A stretch of DNA of 64,000 bases from Octopus sinensis (lineage: Eukaryota), in NCBI RefSeq assembly GCF_006345805.1, contig NC_043002.1, forward strand, positions 93,806,001 to 93,870,000. The letters run 5' to 3'. Position 1 is the first letter of the stretch, and the number at the start of each line of letters is the position of its first letter. This document shows, one piece after another, positions 23,514 through 36,489 of the stretch. Below the pieces are notes generated by a model, which saw nothing but the letters and a program-made list of their open reading frames with translations, ran no database searches and had not been told where the DNA came from. Both the position numbers and the translations under genes were made by a program.

Positions 23514-23904
23514 TCTTTATATAAGAGTGAAGTTGTGTGTCTGTCCCCTTCGATTTAGATTCGTAACTACTCCCACATTTTGCGGTGCAGTTTAACCAAA
23601 AGCGGGTATCTTATAGTCGTGATTCATATCGAGCCCTTCTGGGTATTAGCGCGCGTCTACGATGAGTCTACGATTTAAAAAAAATTTACCATCATTTTTC
23701 CATTTAATGCATTTTTTCGCTTTTATATAAGGGAAGTAACTCTCTAAAAATATCTACGATGTGTCAACGATTTAAAAAAAAAATTACCTTAATTTTTTTT
23801 CAATTTTTAATGCATTTTTTTGCTATTTTTTGGCTATAACTCTCTAAAAATGCTTATATAGTTATTTCCCTTACAACCCGAGCAACGCCGGGCGATACTG
23901 CTAG
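23514..23904 (+). mobile_element. non-autonomous Helitron
   Basis: 5' a|TC start; 3' hairpin cccgagcaacgccggg then CTAG|t; internal duplication; 3' end matches the 31177 copy. Confidence 0.8.
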
Positions 23905-24252
23905 TCTCCCTATATATAAACGGCAAAATATCTGTGTGTGTCCTTTATGCAAATCCACAATTTTTCAGTTAGAGGGCTCGCACTTTCTATGGTCATTCAA
24001 AACCGTCCAAGGATGGTCGTGCACATCGTTACATTTCCCCAGTCACCCCGCAAAGGCATTAAAAATCAATAGAAGTGACTTATTGTGAATTTTCTATCCA
24101 AAACCCAGTCTAAATGCCCCGAAATTTGATACGCCAATTGAATGCCAGCTAGCTGTATGTGATTGGTCGGAGATTTGGACAGTACTCGCGTGTATGTGTG
24201 CATGCACACAGCTGTATATGCATGACCCCGCAACGACGGGTCATAGTGCTAG
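23905..24252 (+). mobile_element. non-autonomous Helitron abutting the previous one
   Basis: 5' TC...tatatataaacggca; 3' hairpin gaccccgcaacgacgggtc then CTAG|t. Confidence 0.8.
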
Positions 24253-24893
24253 TATTAGTTAATATTTACGCGTTTAATGCAGGAAGTATTAAAAAAATCA
24301 CTGGATATAAGCATGTGATTATGAAAAATAATATTCGTGAAGTTAGCTATCTGTAAGTGAGATAAGATATTTTCAATGACATACTTATTCAATCAGCATT
24401 TCCTATTCAAAATATTTAAAACATTATATATCAACTTCTGGATATCCGCTTTTATGTACGTACTTAAACATGGGCGTATATGTACAAGTGTGTTGTTTGT
24501 GTATGTGTGTATGTGTATGTGTATGTGTGTGGGGGGGGTGCACGTACGAGTGGGCACATGTGTACAAATTAGTATTAAATGATTGTTGTGTCCATGTATA
24601 TACAGATATATGTGTAAAGAGGCTATATACTTCTGGTCAGCATACATGCAGAAACATCAATATTGTCTAATTGTATTCGATGTGAAACTAATAATAACAT
24701 TCTGATCATCTAGATGGCATAACCAGTAATGTATTTTCTGATGATGTGCGTGTGTATATAAATATATATATACATACGTGTGTAGGAATGCAGATGTGTG
24801 TGTGTGTATGTATGTTTGTATGTATACACATATATATTTGCATGTATATATATATATGTATGTATGTATATTTATATATATATATATTATATA

Positions 24894-24935
<42 letters not shown>

Positions 24936-24963
24936 TATATATATACACATAGATACATATATA

Positions 24964-25304
24964 TATTAGACTATGGTTGCAGAACAAACAAATATAAGGT
25001 CATCCACGTAACATTTCAGATTTCGAACATTTAATCACATAATGCTTTTTCTTTCACATAGAATATACATGCATAAAGTCACGGAAAGTATTAATCATTA
25101 ACTCTTAACCGCGATGGACTGTATTCACACATTTTCCCTATATTTTTCTTATATGCTTGTATTGATGAGTTGTGTTTCACCTTCCGTGACTTTATGCGTG
25201 TATATTTTATGTGAAAGAAAAAGCATTATGTGATTAAATGTTCGAGATATGAAATGTTACGCGGATGACCTTATGTTTGTCTGTTCTGCAACCACAGTTT
25301 AATA
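24964..25304. repeat. 126-bp-arm inverted repeat with 89-bp spacer
   Basis: Arms 24964-25089 and 25179-25304 align without gaps, about 10 mismatches. Confidence 0.9.
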
Positions 25305-25454
25305 TATTTGACTCATTTAATTGAGCACTTCTATCGCAGTCCTATTAAACATTTTGTTCCTGATAAGAAACAATCACTTTATTATTGATATATATATATA
25401 TATATAACTACGTACAATATTTGTAAACACACCAGAAATTATGGCATATAACTG

Positions 25455-25610
25455 CCCGAAACGGTCGTGACTTCCGGAACTTGATTGAGGAAAGAAGGCT
25501 ACGAATGACCCGTCTTTTTTTTGCCTGCTCTTCTAATTGTTGTTTCTTTTGTCCGCCTTGTATCATCTATTTGTCCGAATGGTTTATTGTACTCTATTGT
25601 GTTTTTGTTC
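25455..25610 (+). repeat. short interspersed repeat in (TA)n context, possibly a Penelope-like terminal remnant
   Basis: Homologous to the reverse complement of 36540-36655 (tccgg..cttga.tga.ga..ga.ggct.cg.atg.cccgtc). Confidence 0.5.
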
Positions 25611-25611
25611 C

Positions 25612-25698
<87 letters not shown>

Positions 25699-25699
25699 C

Positions 25700-25730
<31 letters not shown>

Positions 25731-26286
25731 CATATATGAACAAGAATGAGCAAAATTAGGTATACAATTACTTAATATGAGTTGGATGTCCTTTTCGCTT
25801 CTGTATTTCTTTTCTAAGCCTATGCAATTCATAAGTCGGCTAAAGGATCTGCGAGGGATGCCTAGTTCATTAAAAGTCCACTTTTTTTTATTTCTAGGGA
25901 CATTGAGTGAATACTTAAGCCACAAGCATTCCATTTTCTTCAGTGGTAACACTGACTGCTCGACTACTTTTTGTGCAATGCAGACGGACCCATTCTGGTC
26001 AGATTTGTCACGTATGGTGTAAGCTGTTATTCGTTTCGGAACTGGTCTAACTATTTCTGCAGCCTCTGTTTTCTAATACTTCTTAATGATCCACTTTTGT
26101 TCACCATTGTTCAAATTTCCAGGTTATATAATAGATATCTGAAATTACGAATAGTTATTTTATTATAGAAATAATTAGTTAAAAAGAACGTACGAGAATC
26201 TTAGAATTACTATCCTAAAAGAGAAATAAAGAAATGAAAAGAAGATTCCACTCATATTAAGCAAATATATGCCTACTTCTATCCGC

Positions 26287-26333
<47 letters not shown>

Positions 26334-26936
26334 CGTGCGTGTTGGGGTTCATTACGTCTTTTGTTAAACAAACGTTCGTTAAAATAATCTATCTAGCAAA
26401 GATCTGCTTCGAGAAGGAAATGGGTATTTGATGTTAATCTTAGCCAGGTGGTGCTATGGATCCTCCATCGCCTGACTGACTTCAACGAATATCGACGTTA
26501 AGTCATACAGCAGATGTGCAGTTTCAACATGTGTTACACAATATCTGCAGGAATACGCCAGCGAAAAAGGAATAAGGGCATGCTTGGTTCGAATCCTTGC
26601 AAGAGAATGCTCGAGAACCAGATGATGCTGTTACTGATGTTGTTTTTGCCTAACGTTTGTCATACTATAGCAAAATTGGGACTATGCAGTAACAACGATA
26701 TTTTAACTATAGGTCTTCTTTGACTTATAATCGAAAGCGTTCCAGACGTAACCATCCTTTCATTTCATATATCAGGGACTCCATAAATCAATGTACCCTT
26801 TCTTTGCTTCTTCGGTTGTTTCGTATCGTTTTTTAAACTGTGCAAGCTTTTTAAAGGAAGTGGGTTGCAATTTCTGTCATGACTGTCTTTGTAACAGCGT
26901 GTAAGGTCAACGATACAATTTATTTTAATCAATCTT

Positions 26937-27340
26937 AGGCGTAGGAGTGGCTGTGTGATAAGTAGCTTGCTTACCAGCCACATGGTTCTGGGTTCAGTCC
27001 CACTGCGTGGCACCTTGGGCAAGTGTCTTCTACTATAGTCTCGGGCCGACCAAAGCCCTGTGAGTGGATTTGGTAGACGGAAACTGAAAGAAGCCCGTCG
27101 TATATATGTGTATATATGTGTGTGTGTATATATGTTAGTATGTCTGTGTTTGCCCCCCCCCCAACATCACTTGACAACCGATGCTGGTGTGTTTACGTCC
27201 CCGTAACTTAGCCGTTCGGCAAAAGTGACCGATAGAATAAGTACTAGGCTTACAAAGAATAAGTCCTGGGATCGATTTGCTCGACTAAAGGCGGTGCTCC
27301 AGCAAGGCCACAGTCAAATGACTGAAACAAGTAAAAGAGT
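26937..27340 (+). mobile_element. SINE family B, full length
   Basis: aggcgtaggagtggctgtg head, gggttcagtccc B-box-like motif, internal microsatellite, gtaaaagagt tail. Confidence 0.9.
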
Positions 27341-28146
27341 ATTAATATAGAGTAAAGAGACGATCAACAAACTACATGATATTTATCAGTAGGAGGTATC
27401 CATCAGTGGGCGCCTACTCCGCGCGATTGATTTATAACTGAAGCCAGTTTCAGTTCTTCTGGTCACACCTCGCGATACGAATAGAATGCAACAGAGATGC
27501 AATCTAAGCAGTCATCAGTTTTATAGTGCTGCTGCTGTTGCTGTTGTTGTTGTTGTTGTTGTTAAGCAACAAGACGGGTAATGGTGATTAGGTGATGGTC
27601 TAGGGCTTAGAGGCGGGAGTCCCCAGACCTTGGAAAAAAAAAAACTTTGGTCGTCTTGTTGTAGTCGAGGGCTTTTCGTTGACGCCCGACACCACTGGGA
27701 GGTGGCCCTCGAAGTCGCTGGAAATGAAGATCTCCAGGTCCAACTTCTTGAACAGCTGCTGTGGCTCTTGCTGTTGTTGTTGTTGCAGTAACTATTGCTG
27801 ATGTGGCTGTTCCTGCTTTTGTTATTGTTGCTGTGACTGCTGTCGTTGTGATGCTCTTGCTGCTGCTTGCAGAGTTTATTTGAAGTTCCTGCCATGCCGT
27901 GCTGTGACGCGGGCTTTTTGAGAGTTAAATGTTTTGATCATAGTTGATAGGATTCGAACATTGCAGCTGATAGGATTCGAACTATCGATATCTTAACTGG
28001 TTGTTCGGCACCCATGTGATACTAACATCTTTGCCCTCTTTCTCTTTAAAGTATAAAGGAAAATATGGAAGTTAGAAACATAAAAACTCATTGTCATACA
28101 TGGTGAAATATAGACTAAAGGATGACGATAATAACGTAAAAAATAA

Positions 28147-28558
28147 GGATCTTTTCGGTTTGAACGGCAGTTTTTAACATAATTTCTAGGTAACTAAACA
28201 CTTTAAACTTCGTATACTGGTAGAATGTGTTTATAAAGCATCTTTTTCTCTTGGCTTTATTGAGAAAATTCTATAGTTTGTAAGATATTTGTTGTTTTTT
28301 TTCTTCAATTTCTGCAATTTCAAACAATCACTGACGTCAGTTGACGTAAAAAACATTCTGTGCCGTATGAATATGTCCCTCGTTTAAGAAACAGATTGGG
28401 TTTATTTACATTTGTGAAGAAAAATAAGATACCCCCCATCCCTAACCCTAACCCTAAAACAGATTGAAATGCAATAGATCGATACTAGGGTCATAATTAT
28501 GGGTGACAATTTCATATGACAACGCTAGAAAAAACTGCCGTTCAAACCGAAAAGATCC
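28147..28558. mobile_element. 412-bp MITE, GG-initiated TIR, 8-bp TSD (Merlin/MULE-like)
   Basis: TIR ggatcttttcggtttgaacggcagttttt at both ends; TSD aaaaataa; second copy at 59501-59915. Confidence 0.88.
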
Positions 28559-28890
28559 AAAAATAATATAGAAGACGGTGGTTAAAATACGATGGGGGAG
28601 AGGGAGGGTGAGATATTTAGGGAGGAGTAACAAAAAGAGAGAGATGATACTGAGAGGGGTAAAGAAATGAGAAAGGAAACAACAAAAAAAGAAACTGGGG
28701 GCGGGGCAGAGGAGTGAGAGAGAAAGAGAGGGTAGAGAGATGGTGAGAAATATATATGACTGGTGAGAGAACAGGCGAATTGAGAACTACATAGGTTTGC
28801 AAAAGAGATAGAAAGCAGAGAGAGAGAGAGAGAGGCAGACACATATGGACAGAGTAAGAGGAAGAGGAAGAAGGAGAAAGAGGGAGAGAG

Positions 28891-28926
<36 letters not shown>

Positions 28927-29338
28927 AAGAGAGTGAGAGAAATGGAAGGTAGGAAAAAGGGGAAGAATGTGGGGTATGGTATTTCCTCGTTCTGAAAAGA
29001 AGGAAAAAAAAAAAAACCAAACGGTCAACGTCCTTCTTTCTTCAGAACAGACGATGCTTCACGAACTCTAACGAAGGGTAAAAATAAAGAGAAATTAAAA
29101 CATAAAAATGAATGAGGTGACACCAAAGAGTTTTGCAACAAACAACAGCAGCAGCACCACCACCAACAACAGCAACGATAACAAACTCAGGAATGTAGCT
29201 GCCTTGGTTAAGAGTTGTTTATCAGGGATGTTTATGCTGCTACAAGCAAACCAAAAGTTGCTACTATCGCGATACAATTACCAAAACATTTTAAATGTGA
29301 TAGTATATAATTCAACCAAATGATATGCATACATGCAT

Positions 29339-29382
<44 letters not shown>

Positions 29383-29415
29383 CCATCTATCCATCAATAC
29401 ACACACATACACATA

Positions 29416-30679
29416 CAGGGTTTGATGGATAAATTGTCACCATTTTATATTTTAATTTCACGCATGTGATTTTTTTTTCTGAATTTGTTGACTACACAGT
29501 ATAGTAGGGTCAGTTGGGCAGCGTCTAAGAGAAAAACAGTACACTGACACAATTCACTCTGCCAGAAATTTGGAAACGACAGCTGTACTGCTTGGCATTC
29601 GTGCCGGAAGCTTCATTTCGTACCTATGGTGAACACACCGAACAGCTATTGGATTGCCGTGTCCCCAAAACGTGTACTGAGAGTGGTAAAAATCAAACAT
29701 CCAGTCAACATCATGGTGTTTAGAGTATGGAGGCGCAACGGCCCAGTGGTTAGGGCAGCGGACTCGTGGTCGTAGGATCGCGGTTTCGATTCCCAGACCG
29801 GGCATTGTGAGTGTTTATTGAGCGAAAACACCTAAAGCTTCACAAGGCTCCTGCAGGGGGGGGGGGTGAAACGGCTGTACTCTTTCACCACAACTTTCTC
29901 TCATCTCTTTCTTCCTGTTTCTGTTGTACCTGTATTTCAAAGGGCCAGCCTTGTCACACTCTGTGTCACGCTGAATCTCCTCGAGAACAACGTTAAGGGT
30001 ACACGTGTCTGTGGAATGCTCAGCCACTTGCACGTTAATTCCACGAGCAAGCTGTTCCGTTGATCGTATCAGCTGGGACCCTCATCGTCGTAACTGACGG
30101 AGTGCTCCTATAGTTTAGAGTGATCATTAGTGATGGTGACGTTATGCCTCCATTCATCTTCCCACGCGGCCTCAGACTCCACACGAAGGCTTACATTAAG
30201 TGCAAGGAGGAGGTGGTGCCGTCCTGGGAAAAGAGGGTGGCTACTGGAAGATCTTATGTCTGGCAACAGGACTCTGCACCATGCCACACAAACAGGAGAA
30301 CCCAGTCATGACTGTCAAATAATTTCTGCCACCACATCAACTCTAACATCTGGCCAACTAACTCCCAAAACTGCAACCCCTTTGATTATTATGTGTGGGG
30401 CGGAGTTGACCGAGAGACCAACAAAATTCCTTGTAATACCAAAAATGAAGTGAAGGCAAGGATTATGGCAGCATTCACCAACTTAAATAAGGAGACCGTC
30501 GAGATGAGTTGCAGGAGATTCCGAAGTCGTCTGAAGGCCGTGCTTGAAGCCAATGGCGATTTTATTATTAAATTTACTCTTTAGTATTTAAAAATATTTT
30601 CATATAATTTTGGTAAATATATGTTGAAAATATTTTCATCTTTGCGTAATTTAAATGACAATATATTCACCGCACCCTA
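29416..30679 (+). mobile_element. internally deleted maT (DD37D) Tc1/mariner transposon interrupted by a SINE
   Basis: ta|cagggt start and caccgcaccct end; WQQDSAPCHT...CNPFDYYVWG with 37 residues between the Ds; in-frame stop. Confidence 0.85.
29727..30112 (+). mobile_element. tRNA-derived SINE (head A, tail 1) inserted in the transposase
   Basis: TSD gtttagagt at 29718-29726 and 30113-30121; homologous to the 3787 copy. Confidence 0.9.
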
Positions 30680-30681
30680 TG

Positions 30682-30744
<63 letters not shown>

Positions 30745-30987
30745 ATAGGTATGTATATATGTATGTATGTATATATATAAACATGATCTGATTATTTCAG
30801 TTTCCGTCTGCCAAATTGACTCACAAGGCTTGGCTTTGGTCGGCCCGAAGCTATAGTATGAGATACTTGAACAAGGTGTCACGCATTGGGACTGCGCCCA
30901 ATATAATGGGACTCAGAAACAAACTTCTAACCACACTCTCACGTATATATGTAAGTGTGTATACATACATACATAAGTATATATATA

Positions 30988-31039
<52 letters not shown>

Positions 31040-31176
31040 TATATATATATATATATAATATATATATACATATATATATATAGACACACAGATGTATATT
31101 TATACATATATATATAAATTTATATACATACGTGTGTTTGTGAGTTTACACGTGTGTATATATATATATATATATA

Positions 31177-31544
31177 CTAGCAGTATCGCCCGGCGTTGCT
31201 CGGGTTTGTAAGGGAAATAACTATAAAGCATTTTTAGAGAGTTATAGCCAAAAAATGGAAAAAAAAATGATGGTAAATTTTTTTTTTAGTTAAAAAGGTC
31301 GAGTCGCGTCCCCTAGACAGTCTGTGGTTTGTGTTTCTGATTCTCGACCCCATGTCGAATTTATCGATTTTTTTCAGAACTGGGGGAACTTTTCAAAATT
31401 TTCGCTGCGTTAGTTTTGAATTATGACATTGGGCTATGTGTGTGTCAAGTTTCATCAGAATCGGTTGAAAGCCGTGGTCAGGGTGAGGGTACAACCTAAC
31501 AGACACACAGAAACACACACAGACAAAAACTGCCGTTTATATAT

Positions 31545-31547
<3 letters not shown>
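31177..31547 (-). mobile_element. non-autonomous Helitron in (TA)n
   Basis: Minus strand a|TCtatatataaacggca ... cccgagcaacgccgggcgatactgCTAG|t. Confidence 0.85.
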
Positions 31548-31609
<62 letters not shown>

Positions 31610-32058
31610 AGGAGGGAGAAAGAAAGAAAAAAGAGAGGGAATAGGAGAGAGCGAGAGAGGGGAGAAAGGGAGGGAGAGAGAAAGGGGAGAGAGAAAGGGG
31701 GGGGGGAGAGAGAGAGAAAGAGATAGAGAGAAAGAGAGAGAGGGAGAGAGAGAGGCGGGATTTGCAAGCATAAGGATATTATATGATATCCATAAACTTC
31801 TAAATGGGGATTATTAACGTATTGAAACCGTAACGTGAGCTCTGCCTGCCTCTACAAGCTTAATTCTTCAGTCACACTTGCTAACACTTGCCACACCCAC
31901 AGACGTTTTCTTACGTTGATATAACGCTTCAGACCTGGAAATGGGTGTGCAAGACGGTACATAAATTGATTTAATCAACCCAGTTTTGACTGCTACCTAT
32001 TTTATCGATCGTAGAGGACGGACAGTAAAATCTAAACAAACTCTACATGTGGTTGTCA

Positions 32059-32144
<86 letters not shown>

Positions 32145-32204
32145 GTGTATCTCTCTATGTCTCTCTATCTCTGTCTCTCTCTCTCTCTGCACCCTCTCTC
32201 TCTT

Positions 32205-32255
<51 letters not shown>

Positions 32256-32288
32256 ATATATATATATATATGTATGTATGTATCAATC

Positions 32289-32736
32289 GGAAGTGGCTGT
32301 GTGGCAAGTAGCTTGCTTACCAGCCACATGGTTCCGGATTCAGTCCAACTGCGTGACACCTTGAGCAAGTGTCTTCTACTATAGCCTCGGGAAGACCAAA
32401 TCCTTGTGAGTGGATTTGGTAGACAGAAACTGAAAGAAGCCCATCGTATATATATATATATGTGTGTGGGGGGGGGAGTGTTTGTGTGTGTGTTTGTGTG
32501 TGTGTGTGTGTGCGTATATGTTTGTGTATCTGTGTTTGTCCCTCCAGCATCGCTTCACAACCGATGCTGGTGTGTTTACGTCCCCGTAACTTAGCGCTTC
32601 GGCAAAAGAGACCGATAGAATAAGTACTAGGCTTACAAAGAATAAGTCCTGGGGTCGATTTGCTCGACTAAAGGCAGCGCTCCAGCATGGCCACAGTCAA
32701 ATGACTGAAACAAATAAAAGAGTAACAGAGTAAAAG

Positions 32737-32740
<4 letters not shown>
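32289..32740 (+). mobile_element. SINE family B, full length
   Basis: Homologous to the 26937 copy. Confidence 0.9.
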
Positions 32741-32771
<31 letters not shown>

Positions 32772-32774
<3 letters not shown>

Positions 32775-32915
32775 CTCTTTACTCTCTCTTTTACTTGTTT
32801 CAGTCATTTGACTACCCAGTACTTATTCTATCGGTCTCTTTTGCCGAACCGCTAAGTGACGGGGACGTAAACACACCAGCATCGGTTGTCAAGCAATGCT
32901 AGGGGAACAAACACA
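32772..32915 (-). mobile_element. SINE family B 3' part, tail-to-tail with the preceding copy
   Basis: Reverse complement of ~32530-32720 with an internal deletion. Confidence 0.8.
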
Positions 32916-33910
32916 AAACCTGCCGAAGTGGACTTTGCGTTTCATTCTACAACAGTTGATAAAATATTGATAAAATAGATTACATAAATAGGTTGCTACG
33001 CACGTTTCCACAAATCACATGACTTTGACATCAGAGTCGGTATCCTACAAGTCAGTATCATTAGACGGTAGCCGTCATAAAATAAGAGCTTTATTTGCAT
33101 ACTTACTAACGAATTTAAAAGGTGTGTGTGTGTGTATGTGTGTGTGCGCGCACACGTGAGTGTTTGTCCCCCACCACCGCTTGATAACCAGTGTTGGCTT
33201 GTTTAGTTAGTCCATATTACTCTTTAAGGAGCATAGGGCCGGTTTCCCGGTTTCTCTAGCGTATATATTCCTCTCTGGACAGGTCGCTGGTCCGTCGCAG
33301 GATTACTCATTTTTACAAGCTGCGCGGACTGAAACAAAGTAAAAATGATGTGTTTTGCTCAAGACCATAACGCATCGTACGGTTTTACGATCATGAGTCC
33401 AACAATCAAACCACTAAGCCATTATTGTGTATGTGTATTAGTGTGTGTGCGTGTGTATGAGAAGTTTTGGTACAGAAGACCCAAAAGGTTATGTAAGTGC
33501 TACGGAAGGACCGCTGTTTTTGGCTCTTGGTGCGATTATGGTATGAGTGAGGAGTTTAACACGGGTCATGCGTGAGCGTGTATATGTTTAAAAAAATGAG
33601 ACAACAAATCCAAGGCAGTGTGAAATTTCTAGGACATTTATAAAGAGAAAAGTAATCTTACAGCTGTTTCAGAGATATAAAGAATGTCCGATCGTCAGAA
33701 CCGATATGAGAGAGTTAAATAGAAGAAAATAGTAGAGTTTAATATAAGAAATTATTTTGGAAAAATAGAGATGTAGGAAGTATAAAAATAAAAATTGAAA
33801 TAAAAATAAAATTATGTGGGATGTTACAGTTGCAGTTCCATTATCCAAGGAATGTGGTGTGTAGAATGGGTAAAGAGGTATATACATACATACATACATA
33901 CATACATACA

Positions 33911-33956
<46 letters not shown>

Positions 33957-33987
33957 CATACACATACATATATTTATATTTATATAT

Positions 33988-34111
33988 CCACATGGTTCTG
34001 GGTTCAATCCCACTGCGTAGCACCTTGGGCAAGTGTCTTCTACTATAGCCTCGGGCTGAGAATTGTGAGTGGATTTGGTATACGGAAACTAAACGAAACC
34101 CATTGTATATA

Positions 34112-34163
<52 letters not shown>

Positions 34164-34428
34164 TGCGTGTGAGTGTGTATGTGTGTGTGTGCAAGTATGT
34201 ATGTATGTATGTATGTATGTATGTGTTTATTCCCACCCCTCCTCCGCTTGACTACTGGTGTTGCTGTGTTTATGTCCCAGTAACATTAGCAGTTCGGCAA
34301 AAGTGATCGATAGAATAAAAACCAGGTTTTTTTAAAAAAAAAGTACTGGGATGGATACATTCGACTATAAATTCTACAAGGCGATGCCTCAGCATGCACA
34401 ATCTTATGACTGAAACAAGTAAAAGATA
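33988..34428 (+). mobile_element. SINE family B, 5'-truncated and diverged
   Basis: ccacatggttctgggttcaatcccactgc...gactgaaacaagtaaaaga. Confidence 0.8.
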
Positions 34429-34621
34429 ATACATATATATATATATATAAAGTGTTTATATATACTTTGAAGAGAAGATCGAACGATAAAAACCAAACCC
34501 TGTGGAATTGAAATAACAATCTCAGAAGCGTATCAAATTAAATATGTGACTTCATCTATCCCCCCACCAACTACCTCTTCTAACTGGCGGTTCGTCCTAA
34601 TTGCACCAATAGAATTAGATA

Positions 34622-34751
34622 CAGCATGGGCCAAAAGTCACGCACCAAAGTATCTGACGTTTGTGATGAAAATATATAGCGTGGCTTTAGAAATTTAGAG
34701 TAATGTATCACAGAAGTTTTAATCTTGGCGCGTGAATTTTGGTCCATCTAG
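34622..34751. mobile_element. 130-bp Tc1/mariner-type MITE
   Basis: Imperfect TIR cagcatgggccaaaagtcacgcacca / tggcgcgtgaattttggtccatctag; TA on both sides. Confidence 0.6.
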
Positions 34752-35128
34752 TACATACAGGTTACAGTTGAAATATACTCTAGAATCGTTGAAAATGAGA
34801 ATTAACTTTGAAATGATATAAAAGAAAAAATACAATTCATTTTATTTTTGTTGTATTTTGAGTTTTTATTCTTTTCCTCTTGGTCGTCTTTCTAATTTTA
34901 TTTGTATATTTATTTATCTCTCATCGCCCTTTTGGAGGAGAAATCTTGTGGGCGTGGCTTTTCACACAATTAGGTTCAGCTGTAAACGCTTCTATCATTG
35001 CCTCTTTTTTTCTTCTTTTTTATTCTATATCGCCCACTAATATTCTCTTTATCTTACACATTGACTTCTTCCGAGCTTACATTGAGCAGACTTCTCTTAG
35101 CTAGTGTGGAAGATTAATAATATACAAC

Positions 35129-35135
35129 TATATAA
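35129..35135 (+). promoter_or_regulatory. candidate TATA box of the claudin-like gene
   Basis: tatataa about 150 bp upstream of the ATG; the motif is common in AT-rich DNA. Confidence 0.25.
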
Positions 35136-35277
35136 TAAACCCGCATTATCACCAGTAACATCTTCATCACCATCATTATCATCAGAAACTACAAGAAAAG
35201 GACAATAAGATTAAGTAAAAAAAAAAAAAGGAAAACGACCAACACTTTTTTCTGATTACTTTTGAGAAAAATTAAAA

Positions 35278-35488
35278 ATGCCAACCAAAATTGTTATTAG
35301 TTCCTCAAATTCGAAATGGATCAATATTGCCCTAGCTTTCCTTTCACTAGGTCTGCTTCTGTTCATCATTGGTTTTTCAACCTCACACTGGGTGGTTTAC
35401 GGCCATCAGCATACCGGTCTTTGGGAAAAATTTTTCTGCACTCACCGAGTCTGCTATGAAGTCAGCGCCGTCAGTCGACACAATGCAG
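35278..35488 (+). CDS. first coding exon of a PMP22/EMP/MP20/claudin-superfamily membrane protein
   Basis: aaaATG; TM1 (IALAFLSLGLLLFIIGFST) then the ECL1 signature W...GLW...C...C (SHWVVYGHQHTGLWEKFFCTHRVC); donor CAG|gtaggt, phase 1. Confidence 0.85.
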
Positions 35489-36204
35489 GTAGGTCTGGTT
35501 TTCTCCTTAATTAATATTGTGCACCTTTCTTTTAGTGCCATGTCTAGTTCTTTATCATTTTGAGCGTACCGATGTGCGCCGTGCTCCTTTAAGGAGTACA
35601 CACACACACACACACACACACACAACACACACACACACGCATACACACACACACACACGCATACACAGACTCCACACACACACACTCTCTCTCACACATG
35701 TGCGCGTGTCAATATGTGCATGTATGTATATATATGTACGCGTGTGTATGTATGTATGTATGTATGTATGTATGTATGTATGTATATATGTATATATGTA
35801 TGTATGTTTATATGTATGTATATATGTATGTATGTGTGTATGTATGTGTGTATGTGTGTGTATGTATGTAGTATGTATATATATACACACACATAAATAG
35901 TCCTTTATACTATGGGCACAAGGCCTGATATTTTGGGGATGCATCGAGCTCAGTGTTCAATGGAACTTATTTGAAAGGCAACTAATTATATGTTTATTAC
36001 ACCTTGACGGAATAATAGACAAATATACATATATACATATATACATACATACACGCTCGCACTGGCAGCCACATAGAGAGAGAAAGAGAGAAAGAGAGAG
36101 GGGGAGTATGGTGGGGGATGGGGTAATCATTCGATTTAACGGATTAATTACAAGTGTCCCCCCCAGCAATGCTGAACATTCGTTAAGTCGAAGATGTCTT
36201 TCGT

Positions 36205-36432
36205 CTTTTACTTGTTTCAGTCATTAGACTGCGGCCATGCTGGGGCACCGCCTTGAATTTTTAGTCGAATGAATCGACACCAGTACTATTAATTTTTTTT
36301 TTAAAGCCTGGTGTTTATTCTATCGGTTTATTTTTTTGCCAAACCACTGTTACGGGGACGTAAACACACCAGCACCGGTTGTCAAGCAGTGGTGGGGGAC
36401 GAACACAGACTCAAAGACAGATATATGCATAC

Positions 36433-36489
<57 letters not shown>

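Noticed and set aside
28440-28457. Interstitial telomere
   Set aside because: Only three ccctaa units and internal to a MITE
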